Position numbers and translations under genes: made by a program
From: Squalus acanthias
Lineage: Eukaryota
DNA: 64,000 nt
Reading direction: 5' to 3'
NCBI GenBank assembly: GCA_030390025.1
Contig: CM059432.1
Coordinates: forward strand, 110,424,001-110,488,000
Shown: piece by piece, positions 1 through 13,399 of the stretch
Numbering within the stretch: position 1 is the stretch's first letter
How the letters are laid out: the number at the start of each line of letters is the position of its first letter
The notes under the pieces: model-generated
Told to the model about the DNA's origin: nothing
Databases searched by the model: none
Seen by the model: the letters and a program-made list of their open reading frames with translations, nothing else

Positions 1-1620
1 TTATCCAGCTGATAATCAACCCAAGATAAATCACTCCCTGCTAACAGTAACGACAAGGTCAGAACAGACACCAATCCAACATGGCAGCCAGAAACAGTAC
101 AAGTAAAGCTGGCACATCAATACTTGGCAACATGGAGTATCAATTAAATATGCAATTAAAACAATGTTAACATTTTTAATCCAGATTATTCGTGACTTTT
201 TAAAAAAAATTGATTGACAGCCCCAAAAAAACCAAACATTTCCAACAAAAACTATTTTCCTTTTAATTGTTTAAGTCACTCAAAAAAGATTGAGCTTATT
301 TTTTTCCTATCGTTGTATACAGTATTCCATTTTCTGTGGTCCTTTCCAACTCATTGGTTGAATTGCCTATTTAGAATTAAGCAAATAAATTTCCCCTCAC
401 TTTCCAGATGTTGGCAATTCACCAGTTTTATAAAGCAGTCCTGAAAAATAAACCAACACAACGGTGAGGAGTGAGTATGGAGAAGTAACACTGAAAATCT
501 AATTGTTGCATAGCAGAAACTGTACAATCCAACTGAATTTGTGCAGCAGACTTGATGGACCAGCTGGTCCTTTACTGCCCATTAATTTCACATGTTCGAA
601 ATTAAGAAAGTTAAGACTCCAACTGAGGAGACGCCCATGGCATGCCCCTACACATAAGAGTTTCAACCAATCACCCGTACAGTGCACCAGTACCAGCGCA
701 AAGTCCTCCACCACCACTTTAAACCTGAATAAAGGGACCAAAAATCCAGAGTCAACAGTAACTGAAATGGTGATTGAACAGTAATGAGTTAACTGCATTA
801 TAGTATACCCAGCTCGATCTGCCTATCCTCCTGCAATTACTTAAATATAAAACAGTGGGATCAGAATGAAGCAGGAGCTCGGTGTACTAAAGTACTAACT
901 TGTTTGCACTACTCGTTTCTTTTATATTGTGACAACCCCTCTGAAATCAACTTGGAGAACATTGTTCAGTCTTCTCACTTATTCAAACTGTAGCAGTTCA
1001 CACACTGACATCCAACACTCAGCCCAGGAAGGTTGCTGCCATATTCTGCCCGAATCAAAAGCAAAATGAGTTTCAAAAGGCAGGGAACTACGAAACAAGC
1101 ATCCAGACTGTACAGTCAGTTGTTACAGCAACCGGTTGATGTAGTTTTGTCAGCTTAAAACAAACACAAGTAAATTCTATTATGGGATTTGAGGAATATG
1201 GGAGCATTAGCAGAAAACTGCTTCTTCCTCCTCCCTCTCCCCAGGGAAACATATCAAAGTGGCTATCTTCTGGCTGAAAACTTGCCATTGAAGCCTAAAT
1301 TTTCAAATTGGGTGTAATCTCGACCAGAAGCAAGATTGAGCATGTATGGCACACACACCTCATCAGGAAACCCTTCCAATCTCTCTTCTTTTCCTTCACT
1401 GCCATAGGAAGAAGCTATAATTGTCTGCCGCTGGCACTGCCAGTACGCCAGAGTTTGGTCCATCAGCCACTCGACCTTCCCAAGCACCAGCTCAGATATC
1501 CAGCCCAGGAGAGTTAGAGAGCGAGTCAGAGGGGAGTGCACTGAGTGACACACACAGTACGAGCAGGTAATGGCATCACAGGAGGATGAAGATGTTACTG
1601 ACCGAAAGTCAGGATGCATT

Positions 1621-2521
1621 CTTCTTCTTAGGCAGTCCCTCGGAACAGAGGATGACTTGCTTCCACATTAAAAAGGAGTTCTCAGGTGACTGATCAGTCC
1701 AATGCGGGACCTACAGTCTCTGTCACAGGTGGGGCAGATGGTGGTTGAAGGGGCGGGAGGGTGGGGTGCTTGGGTTGACGTGTGCTCCTTGCGCTTGGCT
1801 TCCGATTGCTCCCGGCGAAGAGACTCGAGGTGTTCGGCGCCTTCCCGGATGCTTCTCCTCTACTTTGTACGGTCTTGGGCCAGGGATTCCCAGGTGTCGG
1901 TGGGGATCTTACACTTTTTCAAGGAGGCTTTGAGGGTGTCCTTGAAGCGTTTCCTCTGCCCACCTGGGGCTCTCTTGCCGTGTCGGAGCTCCGAGTAGAG
2001 CGCTTGTTTTGGGAGTCACATATCGGGCATGTGGACAATGTGACCCGTCCATCGGAGCTGATCGAGCGTGGTCAAAGCTTCGATGCTGGGGATGTTGGCC
2101 TGAGCAAGAACACTGACGTTGGTGCGCCTATCCTGCCAATGGATTTGCAGGATCTTGCGGAAGCAGCGTTGGTGGTACCTCTCCAGTGCTTTGAGGTGCC
2201 TGCTGTACATGGTCCATGTCTCGGAGGCATACAGCAGGGCGGGTATTACTGCTGCTCTGTCGACAATGAGCTTGGTGCTGGGTTTGAGGTCCTGGTCTTC
2301 AAACACTCTCTTCCTCAGGCGACCGAAGGCTGCACTGGCACACTGAAGGCGGTGTTGGACTTAGTCGTCGACGTCTGGCCTTGTTGACAGCAGGCTCCCG
2401 AGGTATGGAAAGTGGTCCACGTTGTCCAAGGCCTTGTCGTGGATTTTGATAATCGGGGGGGCAGTACTGTGTGGCGGGGCAGGTTGGTAGAGGACCTTTG
2501 TCTTACGGATGTTTAGTGTAA
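1621..2521 (-). mobile_element. 5'-truncated RTE-clade LINE
   Basis: RT C-terminal peptides (LNIRKTKVLYQP, HFPYLGS, LLYASETWT, QLRWTGHIVHM). (GAA)n tail. 8-bp TSD GATGCATT at 1613-1620 and 2522-2529. Confidence 0.9.
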
Positions 2522-3585
2522 GATGCATTGCCTCTTGGCTGGCCAGCTCAGGAATCTGGAGCTCATAGGTCTGGTGTCTAAAAGAATAATGCTTGCAGAA
2601 GGTCAAGCATTGGTACAGACAGGCAGCTCGGGTGGAGGAGTTCAGCAAAAGCGTGTGCAGTACGTTGGACGGTTCAACAACACTGCAGGCCACCACTGAA
2701 CAGAAGGCAACTCCAGGGAACCTTGGAGAAGGCCCAAGGCCAGTTTACACCTCTTCCATAAAATGCTCAGACTGCTGTCAGAGACCTGGGGTTATAGATT
2801 GGAGAGCGCGGTCTTTTCTGCCTTTAAAAGCTTGGCGACCTTTAAGACAATCGGGGCTTCACTGATCCCACTGGTACCAGTATGTCTACTTTTCCGAAGA
2901 TTAGTAGTCATGCTAAGCAAGTGCTCAGCACCAGTGGCGATGACCAGAATGCACACAGGTGATGGTGCTGCTTCAAGATTGCAGCACATAGAATCATAGA
3001 AAGTTACAGCATGGAAGGAGGCCATTTCGGCTCATCGTGTCCACGGCGGCCAACAAAGAGCTATCCAGCCTAATCCCACTTTCCAGCTCTTGGTCTGTAG
3101 CCCTGCAGGTTACGGCACTTCAAGTGCACATCCAAGTACTTTTTAAAATGTGGTGAGGGTTTCTGCCTCTACCACCCTTTCAGGCAGTGAGTTCCAGACC
3201 CCCACCACCCTCCGGGTGAATAAATTTCCCCTCAAATCTCCTACCAATTACTTTAAATCTATGCCCCCTGGTTGTTGACCCCTCCGCTAAGGGAAATAGG
3301 TCCTTTCTATCTACTCTATCTAGGCCCCTCTCAATTGTATACACCTCAATTAAGTCTCCCCTCAGCCTCCTCTGTTCCAAAAAAAACAAACCCAGCTTAT
3401 CCAATCTTTCCTCATAGCTAAAATTCTCCAGTCCTGGCAACATCATTGTAAATCTCCTCTGTACCCTCTCTAGTGCAATCACATCTTTCCTGTAATGTGG
3501 TGACCAGAACTGCACGCAGTACTCTAGCTGTGGCCTAACTAGTGTTTTATACAGTTCAAGCATAACCTCCCTGCTCTTGTATTCT

Positions 3586-4220
3586 ATTGAGAGGTCGCAC
3601 AACACCAGGTTATAGTCCAACAGTTTTATTTGAAATCACAAGCTTTCGGAGCTATCGATTGCTCCTTCCTCAGGTGAAGTAAATTAGATACAGAATCGCC
3701 AAAGCATATATAGATAGAGAACAAAGCATGTGTACCTTACAATTGCAGACCACTAAATTAAATCATCCTGACTATCTGCCGAGGTGTGATAAAGTTAATC
3801 AAGTCAGCCAGGAAGGTACCACATCAAAGACATAGCAAGATACAACTGAGACAATGAGGTGTAGTCAAAAGCTGCCGTCTGTATGTAAAACGAAAAGCTT
3901 TAAAATTTTTACTTTTTTACTGGGAAAATTTTTACTTTTTTACTGGGAATCACATCTGTGAACAAGCCAACGACAACTCGAGTCCGGATCACGTCATGTA
4001 TTGTGACATAAACCCAAGATCCCGGTTGAGACCGTCTTCATGAGTGCGGAACTTGGCTATCAGTTTCTGCTCGATGATTTTGCGTTGTCGTGTGTTTCTA
4101 AGGTTGCCTTGGAGAACGCTTACCCGCAGATCCGAGGCTGAATGTCCTTGACTGCTGAAGTGTTCCCCGACTGGGAGGTAACAATCCTGCCTGGCGATTG
4201 TTGCGCGGTGCTCGTTCATA
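3586..4220 (-). mobile_element. Penelope-like element 3' fragment (GIY-YIG C-terminus + terminal repeat)
   Basis: Peptide MNEHRATIARQDCYLPVGEHF...GLNRDLGFM. 10-bp TSD CTTGTATTCT at 3576-3585 and 4221-4230 inside the CR1. Confidence 0.88.
3636..3677 (-). ncRNA. Minimal type I hammerhead ribozyme
   Basis: Minus strand reads TCAC-CTGAGGA-a-GGAGC(aatcgata)GCTCC-GAAA-GCTT-GTGA. Core, stems I and II and a palindromic AGCT stem III are all present. Confidence 0.75.
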
Positions 4221-5059
4221 CTTGTATTCTGTGCCATGGCTAATAAAGGCAAGCATTCCGTATGCCTTCTTAACCACCTTATCTACCTGTCCTGCTACCT
4301 TCAGGGATCTGTGGACATGCACTCCAAGGTCCCTTTGTTCCTCTACACTTCTCGGTGTTCTACCATTTAATGTGTATTCCCTTGCCTTGTTAGCCCTCCC
4401 CAAATGCATTACCTCACACGTCTCCAGATTGAATTCCATTTGCCACTGTTCTGCCCACCTGACCAGTTCATTGATATCTTCCTGCAGTCTACAGCTTTCT
4501 TCTTCATTAACTACACGGCCGATTTTAGTATCATCTGCAAACTTCTTAATCGTATCCCCTACATTCAAGTCTAAATCATTGATATATACCACAAAAAGCA
4601 AGGGACCTAGTGCTGAGCCCTGCGGAACCCCACTGGAAACAGCCTTCCAGTCACAAAAACACGCTTCGACCATTACCCTTTGCTTCCTGCCTCTAAGCCA
4701 ATTTTTGGATCCAACTTGCCACTTTGCCCTGGATCCTATGAGCTTTCACTTTCGTGACCAGTCTGCCATGTGGGACCTTGTCAAAAGCCTTGCTAACATC
4801 CATGTAGACTACATCAAACACACTACCCTCATCGACCCTCCTTGTTACCTCCTCAAAAAATTCAATCAAGTTAGTCAGACACGACCTTCCCTTAACAAAT
4901 CCGTGCTGACTATCCTTGATTAATCCTTGTCTTTCTAAATGAAGATTTATCCTGTCCCTCAGAACTTTTTCCAATAATTTTCCCACCACCGAGGTTAGGC
5001 GGACTGGCCTGTAATAACTCGGTCTATCCCTTTCTCCCTTTTTAAACAAAGGTACAATG

Positions 5060-5490
5060 AGGGCAACACGGTGGCATAGTGGTTAGCACTGGTGCCTCAC
5101 AGCGCCAGGGACCCGGATTCGAATCTGACCTCGGGTGACTGTCTGTGTGGAGTTTGCACATTCTCCCCGTGTCTGCGTGGGTTTCCTCCGGGTGCTCCGG
5201 TTTCCTCCCACAGTCCAAAAATGTGCGGGTTAGGTTGATTTGGCTATGATAAATTGACCCTTAGTGTTAGGGGGGGATTAAATATGTGGGGTTATGGGGA
5301 TAGGATGGGATATGTTAGGGGGAATTAAATACGTGGGGTTACGGAGGTAGGGTGGGATATGTGTACTGTGGGGATTAAAAGCAGGGACAGGGTACTGGAT
5401 TTGGATGATCAGCCATGATCGTATTGAATGGTGGAGCAGGCTCGACGGGCTGAATGGCCTACTCCTGCTCCTAGATTCTATGTTTCTATG
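5060..5490 (+). mobile_element. tRNA-derived V-SINE (HE1-like) with CR1-type 3' tail
   Basis: A box TGGCATAGTGG, B box GGATTCGAATC, V-domain (TGTGGAGTTTGCACATTCTCCCCGTGTCTGCGTGGGTTTCCTCCGGG), tail GAATGGCCTACTCCTGCTCC...TTCTATG. Confidence 0.9.
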
Positions 5491-7231
5491 TTAGCAGTCC
5501 TCCAGTCCTCTGGCACCACACCTGTAGCCAGAGAGGATTGAAAAATGATGGTCAGAGCCTCTGCTATTTCCTCTTTTGCTTCTCTTAACAACCTGGGATA
5601 CATTTCATCCGGGCCTGGGGATTTATGCACTTTTAAAGCTGCTAAGCCCCTTAATACTTCCTCTCTCACTATGTTTATTTCATCTAATATTTCACACTCC
5701 TCCTCTGATTGCAATGTCTGCATCGCCCCTCTCCTTTGTGAAAACAGACGCAAAGTATTGATTAAGAACCATACCCATGTCTTCCGACTCCACACACAGG
5801 TTACCTTTATGGTCCCCAATAGGCCCTACTCTTTCTTTAGTTATCCTCTTGCTCTTAATGTATTTATTAAACATCTTTGGGTTTTCCTTGATTTTACTTG
5901 CCAAAATTTTTCCATGCTCTCTCTTTCCCTTCCTAATTTCCTTTTTAATTGTACCCCTGCAATTTCTATACTCCTCTAGAGTTTCTGCAGTATTGAGCCC
6001 TCAGTATCTGTTATAAGCCTCCCTTTTTTTCTTTATCCTACCCTGTATGTCTCTGGACATCCAGGGAGCTCTAGATTTGTTAGTCCCACCCTTTTTCTTT
6101 AAGGGAGCATACTTGCTCTGAACCCTCACTATCTCCTCCTTGAATGCCTCCACTGCTTTACCTTCAAGTAGCTGTTTCCAGTCCACTTTGGCTAAATCCC
6201 ATCTCAGCTTAGCAAAATTGGCTTTTCTCCAATTGAGAACTTTTGTTCCTGGTCTATCTCTGTCCTTTTCCATAACTACCTTAAATCTAACTGCATTATC
6301 ACTAGCACCAAAATGCTCTTCCACTGATACCCCATCCACCTGCCCAGCTTCACTCCCTAAAACTAAGTCCAGGACCGCCCCTTCCCTTGTTGGGCTTGTT
6401 ACATACTGGCTAAAAAAAGTTCTCCTGAATGCATTTTAGGAATTCCGCACCCTCTATACCTTTCACACTAATTTTATCCCAGTTTATATTAAGGTAGTTG
6501 AAATCTCCTACTATTACTACCCTATAATTTTTGCACTTCAGAAATTTGCCTACATATTTGCTCTTCTAGCTCCCTCTGACTGTTTGGGGGTCTATAGTAC
6601 ACCCCCAGCAGTGTAATTGCCCCTTTTTTGTTCTTCAATTCAACCCATATGGCCTCATTTGATGATCCTTCTAATCAATACTGCGAACCCCCCCCTCTCG
6701 ATCCCATCTCAAAACCCTGTAAGCAGGAATGTTAAGCTGCCATTCCCACCTTTCTTTCAGTCATGTCTCAGTAATAGCTTTAATATCATACTCCCAAAGT
6801 GCTCTCAGCTCATCTGCCTTATTCCCTATACTCCTTGCATTGAAGTATATACCATTTAGTACTGCCAAACTCCCTTGTTGTCTATTTTCTAGCCCTTGCT
6901 TCCTCTGTCTTTCAAATTCACTTTCTACTTTTCTGCTTTCTAATTTCAGCTTTGCTTCTCTCCCTTCTGAATCTATTCTCAGGTTCCCATCCCCCTGCCA
7001 AGCTACGCGTGCACTCACACCAGGTTCCTCTGAGGCCCGCACAATTAGCAGAAGGGATGCAGGGCCAGAATTCCCGTTCAGCAGCAAAACTGGGTTCTTT
7101 TGAGAACTTTACAAATAACTCACCCCAAGCACTATTCCCCTCAACATAGGGCTGCTGCTCTGTAGTGTGCTTTGTCTAACACTTGTAGTTCAGATAATTG
7201 TTTTTCAATTTTGCTCCAAACAGCATTTATT

Positions 7232-7362
7232 GGGTTCTGATGAAGGGTCATCGACCCAAAACGGTTTCTCTCTCCACAGATGCTGCCTGACCTGCTGAGT
7301 ATTTCCAGCATTTTCTGTTTTTATTTCAGATTTCCAGCATCCGCAGTATTTTGCTTTTGTAT
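7232..7362 (+). mobile_element. Short Penelope terminal-repeat fragment with a degenerate hammerhead
   Basis: CTGATGA-a-GGGTC(atc)GACCC-AAAA, with the GAAA core mutated. It is followed by the TCTCTCCACAGATGCTGCC repeat also seen at 11670, 37900 and 55435. Confidence 0.7.
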
Positions 7363-9006
7363 TAGTGTTTATTGGGGATAGGGGGAAATGCATATATTTG
7401 TCTGATTAGAAGACCAGACTCAATGTTGGTTACTTTTGTCATGTACATTCTATCCTAATCCCTGTACAACTTGATCTCATTAGTTAGGCATTTGCAACTA
7501 CCTCCCCACCCCCACCCGTGGTTTCTGTATCAAGTGTCAGAGAGAAACTTCAAGACACAGGAAGCTGTGAGATAACTAACCACAGGTTAAACAATAGCCA
7601 AAAGTGCAGCAATAATGACAACGGTGTAACAGCTGATGAAATAAGCACAACGTTTGATGTTATCTGAACTTGCACTTTGTTACACCACAGAAGACACCAG
7701 GAGCAATATTTAAAAAAAAATCTGAAGCAGATTTCAAGAAGAATCAAAATTTTCAGAACAGGAAGTGAATCCACGGATATTGACTCACTTGACGCTTGTT
7801 TTCTAGGGAGTTTGACTGGTTTGAAAGCACGAGGAAAATTTGAAAATCTGAAATTTCACATCTGAAATAATAACTCCTTCCACCGACATATTCTCATTTT
7901 ACTTCCAGCATCAATCAAACTTCATCGCTGCATACTGAATGTCACTTACAAATCTGAACACTTCAATTCAGGTTCAGATCCACCAATCCCTCCCAAAATA
8001 AAACACACACAAGAAGGTAACTGTGTTTATTTTAAGTGCACAAAGAGAGAATAGGGATTCCCTGACCTTGGCAAAATGGTCTGTGCTCTCAGCACTCCCA
8101 TGTCCACTCACGCTAGTTATGAGACAGCCCAACATTACTGAATTACAGGAGTTCAACTTACTTAAACATGCTTCCTATACATTTTTCAGGATGTGCTGTA
8201 TAGAGGGGCACAGAGAACTTCACCAAAGAAAGCCACGAGGTCCTAGCAGAGGAAGTGGAACTGAACAAAGTGACCATTTTTTTAGGGCAGAGAGGAACCC
8301 TCCTTATAAAAAGGTCATGCGAAACAGGCGCGCGGGAGGGGGGGGGGGGGTGGAGAGGAGATGGCGAACAAATAATGCAGTCTCCCATGTCCATACATTC
8401 AGAAACAAATGTGAAAAACAATTCTCAGGACTGAGGAATCATGTGCCAGGGTAGCCTTAAAGAAATGGTGCCCATTGAAAGGAAAGGAATTGCCTATATG
8501 ATGCATGCACCTCAAATTTAAACCACAGCAGAATGGAGCCTGCAAGGCACTGACCAACCCTCATATTACACCATCTCACTGCCATATCAGCAAACCTGCA
8601 GCTCCAACTTGGTGACAGACAGAGACCAAGGCACTCAGGTTAAGTGTTGCATGAATTTTCACTTACTCACTACGACTCCTCAAATTACTTACATGTTCCA
8701 CACTTACCCTTGCACACCTGGCGGCATTTCGGCTGACTATTATATCCTAACGCTGAAAGTGACCTTTTTTTTTCCCCAAAAGCTGCCCAAAATCATCGGG
8801 AAATAACTCTCATTGGTGACAGAGAACCTAACCTACCCTGACTTAACTTAAATAAAGAGCAGACCCTCCAAAAGGCTGCTATGGAGGGAGTGGTAAGGGA
8901 GAAATTGGTGGTTTTGTACTAGCCTTTTACACTCAAACAAGGATTAACAACCAACAACATCTGCCACAAGGGACTGCTTTGGCTACACATCCTGTAACAA
9001 CACATT

Positions 9007-9753
9007 GGCCCAAAAATTAGTGCCGCCTACGCGAGAGTACGCACTGTGTACTCTCGCGTATTCTGTCTCCAATTGCCGGTTTTCTGCATGCACTGCGCAT
9101 GCGCTGAAAACCGGCACTTGGTGAATTCAAAAGGGGGCGGTTCCTAGGTGAACCGCGTGCGCGCTACAGGCTGCGCGCACGCAGTGCACTTAGTGCTTTG
9201 AACGCGCAGGTAAGCATGGAAGATTTTAGACATAAAGAAAGGAGGTGTAAGACCCTCTTTTAACAAGGTAAGTACTTAATTAAGTATTATTTTGAATTTT
9301 TTTTTAACAGGTATATCTTTTTTTAGAGACTTTAAAGACAGGTAAGTTTATTTTTATAACTTTTTAAAAGATTTTAAATTTTTTCAAAAATTTAATTTTT
9401 TGTTTAAAATGGTTAATTTATTTAACTATACTTATTTTATTAATGTGATGGTTTTTTTTTTAATTTAATTGAGGTTTAGCTGTTCTTTTGGGGGGGGTAT
9501 AGTATTCATAGCTTTCACAGCCATGCTGTGAAAGCTATGAATGAAAGATGGTGTGCTGCCATTGGCTCTAACTGAGTCACGTGATCCCACAGCTCGCACG
9601 AATTAACTACGCCTGTGGGATACGAAAGCCCTGCACAGCTGCTGTCCAGAACATCAAGTTCGTGCGAGCTCGGACTGAAAAAGCCAGCGCGCAGTGAGAG
9701 ATCGCGGGAAGGCCTTACCCTCGCACGAAGGCTCACTCACTAATTTTTGGGCC
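9007..9753. mobile_element. Non-autonomous PIF/Harbinger-type MITE
   Basis: Perfect 16-bp TIR GGCCCAAAAATTAGTG and 3-bp TSD ATT. A related copy lies inverted at 29046-29786. Confidence 0.85.
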
Positions 9754-9774
9754 ATTGTTTTATGTAGGAGTTGA

Positions 9775-10030
9775 CCAAAACCTTACATAGCCTTTTCACG
9801 TCCTCAGGACGTCCTTCACAGCCAATTATTTACTTCTGAAGGGCAGTAATTGTTATGTAGGCAAACACAACTCCAATTTGCACACAGCAAGGTTGATCAA
9901 ATATCAGTGAGATAAATGAGCAGTTAATTTGTTTTTGTGGTGCTGATTGAGGGATAAGTGTTGGCCAGTACATCAGGAGAATGCCCCTCCTTTTGTTCTA
10001 ATTTATGTCCACCTGAGCAGGGAGATGGAG
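9775..10030 (-). mobile_element. Degenerate Deu-SINE fragment
   Basis: Similar to 23385-23845 (CAGCCAAT, CCAATTTGCACACAGCAAG, GATTGAGGGATAA). Confidence 0.7.
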
Positions 10031-10033
10031 GTC

Positions 10034-10882
10034 TCTATTTAACTTCATTGAACAACTTCTCCTTTGACTCCACTCACTTCCTCCAAATTAAAGGTGTTGC
10101 TATGGGAACCCTAGCTATGCCTGCCTTTTCGTGGGATATGTGGAACATTCTTTGTTCCAGTCCTACTCAGGTCCCCTCCCTCACCTCTTTTACTGGTACA
10201 TTGATGACTGTATCGGTGCCGTTTCCAGCCCTCGCCCTGAACTAGATAAATTCATTCACTTTGCTTCCAATTTCCACCCTTCCCTCACCTTCACATGGTC
10301 CATCTCCGACTCTTCCCTTCCTCGACTTCTCTGTCTCCATTTCTGGGGATAGGCTATCGACCAACATCCACTATAAGACCACTGACTCCCACACCTGGAC
10401 TACATTTCTTCCCACCCCACTTCCTGTAAGGACTCTATTCCATTCTCCCAGTTTCTCCGTCTCCGCTGCATCTGTTCTTCCATACCAGTGCTTCCGATAT
10501 GTCTTACTTTTTCCTCAACCGAGGATTCCCCTCTACCGTGGTTGACGTGGCCCTCGACCGTGTCCATTCCATTTCCCACACTTCTGCTCTCATCCCTTCC
10601 CCTCCCTCCCGGAACCACGATAGGGTTCCCCTTGTCCTCACCTTTCACCCCACCAGCCTCCACATTCAACGGATCATCCTGCGCCATTTCCGCCACCTCC
10701 AGCGTGATCCCACCACCAAACACATCTCCCCCCCCCCCCGCCCTTCAGCATTCCGAAGGGACCGCTCCCTCCGTGACACCCTGGTCCACTCCTCTATCAC
10801 CCCCAACACACGCTCCCCTTCGCCCGGCACCTTCCCGTGCAAGCGCAGGAGATGCAACACATGCCCTTATACCTCCTCCCTT
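10034..10882 (+). mobile_element. Penelope-like RT remnant, frameshifted
   Basis: LNNFSFDSTHFLQIKGVAMGT, WYIDD, FLDFSVSI, IHYKTTDSH and the Cys linker CKRRRCNTC. Confidence 0.88.
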
Positions 10883-11419
10883 CAGATCTTTGAAATGGGG
10901 CATGAACCCATGAACTTCTGACTCAAGGCCAGTTGTGTGATCACTGAACCAACGATTATGCTCCCAAGTTGAGGATACTGGCAGCAGAGAGAAATAAGAG
11001 GAAGAGAGGGTAAGCATCAGATGGGTGGCTGCTGCAGTATCCACAAATTAATTCCTTCCCAGGGCTGTATACTGGACTACAATCATTAATCAGCAGAAAC
11101 TCTTCATACCATCCTTTTTGAATCTTGAGAGCTCTCTGCAGTGCTGCTCTGACATCTGTATCGGCATACAATAAGGTTTAAGAATCAGCAGAGCACTATG
11201 GACTGAGTATCAACTCCAGGGTAACTTACAGGCCACACCATTCCCACCACCACCGCCCCACAACCAACAGAGGGCCCAAGCACAGATACACTCTGTCTGT
11301 CACTATTGAGACTTTTGACTCCAATTTAGAAATACCTCTCACTTCTGGTCTTGCAATTAGTCAGGGGGCAAGAAGAGGCTGAAATGATGGTCTACTAGGG
11401 CAGCTGTTGATGATTCTGC

Positions 11420-11688
11420 CATTCCCATTTACACCACGAGACTCATCTTTTGTTTCTTTACTTGTCCCATTACCATCTCCTTTTGCTTCGCACCATCATC
11501 CCTTGTGTCATTTAATCTCTCCTGCCTTCCATCCAATCACAGACCTTCCCTTTTGTTCTTTCCTCCCCTCCCCCCTTTCTCTGCCTCTGCACTTGCTTAA
11601 AACCTGTCACATCTCTAACTTTTTCCAGTTCTGACGAAAGGTCATCAACCTGAAACGTTAACTGTTTCTCTCTCCACAGATGCTGCCT
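11420..11688 (+). mobile_element. Penelope 3' terminal repeat
   Basis: Pyrimidine-rich 3' region ending in a hammerhead and TCTCTCCACAGATGCTGCC. Confidence 0.7.
11626..11664 (+). ncRNA. Minimal type I hammerhead ribozyme
   Basis: CAGTT-CTGACGA-a-AGGT(catca)ACCT-GAAA-CGTT-AACTG. Predicted cleavage after GUU. Confidence 0.75.
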
Positions 11689-13399
11689 TATATGCAAATA
11701 GAATTGAGTTGCGGGCCACATCGAAAGTTAGAAACAAGGGTTAGCCATTGCCTATTGAGTTTGAGCTGCCGTTTTATTAACATCGCAGCTCTATCTTTTT
11801 AATCTCAAGTTCACACCCTTTCTCCATATCTCATTATATACCCACTTCCCTTTTAAAATCAATTGTTTCTGCATCAATGACTTTCTGGGTGCATTCCACA
11901 TTGTCACAACCCCGTGTGTGAAGAAATATTAGATTTGTTCTTAACTGCCCCAGTTTGAATATTTAACATGATGTCCCTTTATTCTGGATTCCCCATGAAA
12001 AGGAAGTGTCATTCCCTGTTTCCCCCGCCCCCCCATCTTAAATACCTCAATCAGTTCATTTCTGAGCCACCGCTCAGGATCCCTGGAATTCTGCCTCAAG
12101 GGTAATTTCGGCAACAATCCTAATCATATTTTGTGGCAAACGAATGTAGATTCTGCAACAAGTCTGTCCAGCGTTTTGGGGACAGCACATCTCCATCCAA
12201 TACATATTTTTTTTAAATACTGCATTAAAACAGACTGTACTGACAATTTTTGTTTTTGCATTTTAAACTGAGGTAGCTCAGTATTAAATTATAGGCAACC
12301 AATTATCTGGTATTAGTATCTTTGTATAATTGCAGTGACATGTCTTTGCTGTTACATTCCATGGACTAGATTTTAACCCACTGATATGGTCAATGGAGAA
12401 TGAGCAAAGCTTTACATTTCTTGTGACGAGTCCCACAGTCCTTTTGGCACCTGCAGGTAGCTTTTAACAATTTATGCAAGTGGACCCCTAAATCCCCTTG
12501 TTCATCTGTCCCCCTACTACTTTCTCACCCACAGTACGTCCTCGAGTGAGGTCTGCAATATGTAATGAAGAGAGAGGAAAAAAAAGAGCTTGAATTCTGG
12601 AACAAAACAGAAAATGCTGGAAATACACAGCATCTGAAAAGAGAAACGAGGTTACCATTGCAGGTGTCAACACCATCAGAACGTAAAGATCGCTAGCCTC
12701 TTTATAGGACTGAGCTGGGGGGGGGGGGGGGGGGGGTCGATGTGGAAAAGGGAAAGAGAACAACAGGTAGAAGTCAAGAGTCAGAAATGCCAGCTCATTT
12801 CACAGAGAGGCAGTTAGTAGGTTCAATGGCTAACTTTTTTGAAAAGCGAGTACGAAGTGAAAACTGCAACGTGACAAAAAAAAATTCTTGCATCTCCTTT
12901 CTAAGTCTCTAAGAAGAATTTACTACATGCAGGAATAAGATTGAACAGTTTAAATTGTTCCCATTCTGGCCCAAAGAGGTTGATTGGCATTGCAGTCACA
13001 ATTATCACATCGCTAACAGGGTACTTGCGCTGTTCAGTACAAACCCTAGATTGCTGCGGCAAGTTTAATGGGCAATTAGTGTGTAAATCCAGCAAGTTTT
13101 TATAAATAGGCGGGAGGTTGAGGATGAGCTGCCGTTAGTGCGAGGCCTGAACTTGCTGGCTGATTTGCACATTATTAATGGCCTGCCTCATGAACTCGCC
13201 GTTATTTTCCATGGAGATTTGGCTCACGGAGTCTCAGGCTTCTGAGGCAATAATGTTACAATTTTCAGGGCCACGTGGGATCCATTGACAGCTCCCCTGC
13301 ACCCTGGGGAAGCCAGCAATCTTGTGGAAGTTAATGGCCCTGTCCCTTTGCTCTGCAGGGTTTATGCTGTATTTGACGGTCAGAGGTCCTACGGAAGAG

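Larger units (their letters stand above)
2986..7005 (-). mobile_element. CR1 LINE with decayed ORF2 (APE endonuclease + RT), interrupted by a Penelope element and a SINE
   Basis: YFNARSIGNK, KSPGPD, SQHGF, GVPQGS, KFADD and RPQLEYCVQFW motifs. ATTCTATG-like tail at about 2990. Confidence 0.92.

Noticed and set aside
670..725. GGGG/DFAL-like sequence reminiscent of the TLDc C-terminus
   Set aside because: The similarity needs a frameshift and the intervening OXR1 exons are absent.
5060..5135. tRNA-like sequence (also 35093-35165 and 23775-23845)
   Set aside because: These are SINE heads continuing into V or Deu domains, not tRNA genes.
1702..6439. Numerous plus-strand ORFs of 60-241 aa
   Set aside because: They are antisense frames of LINE coding sequence.
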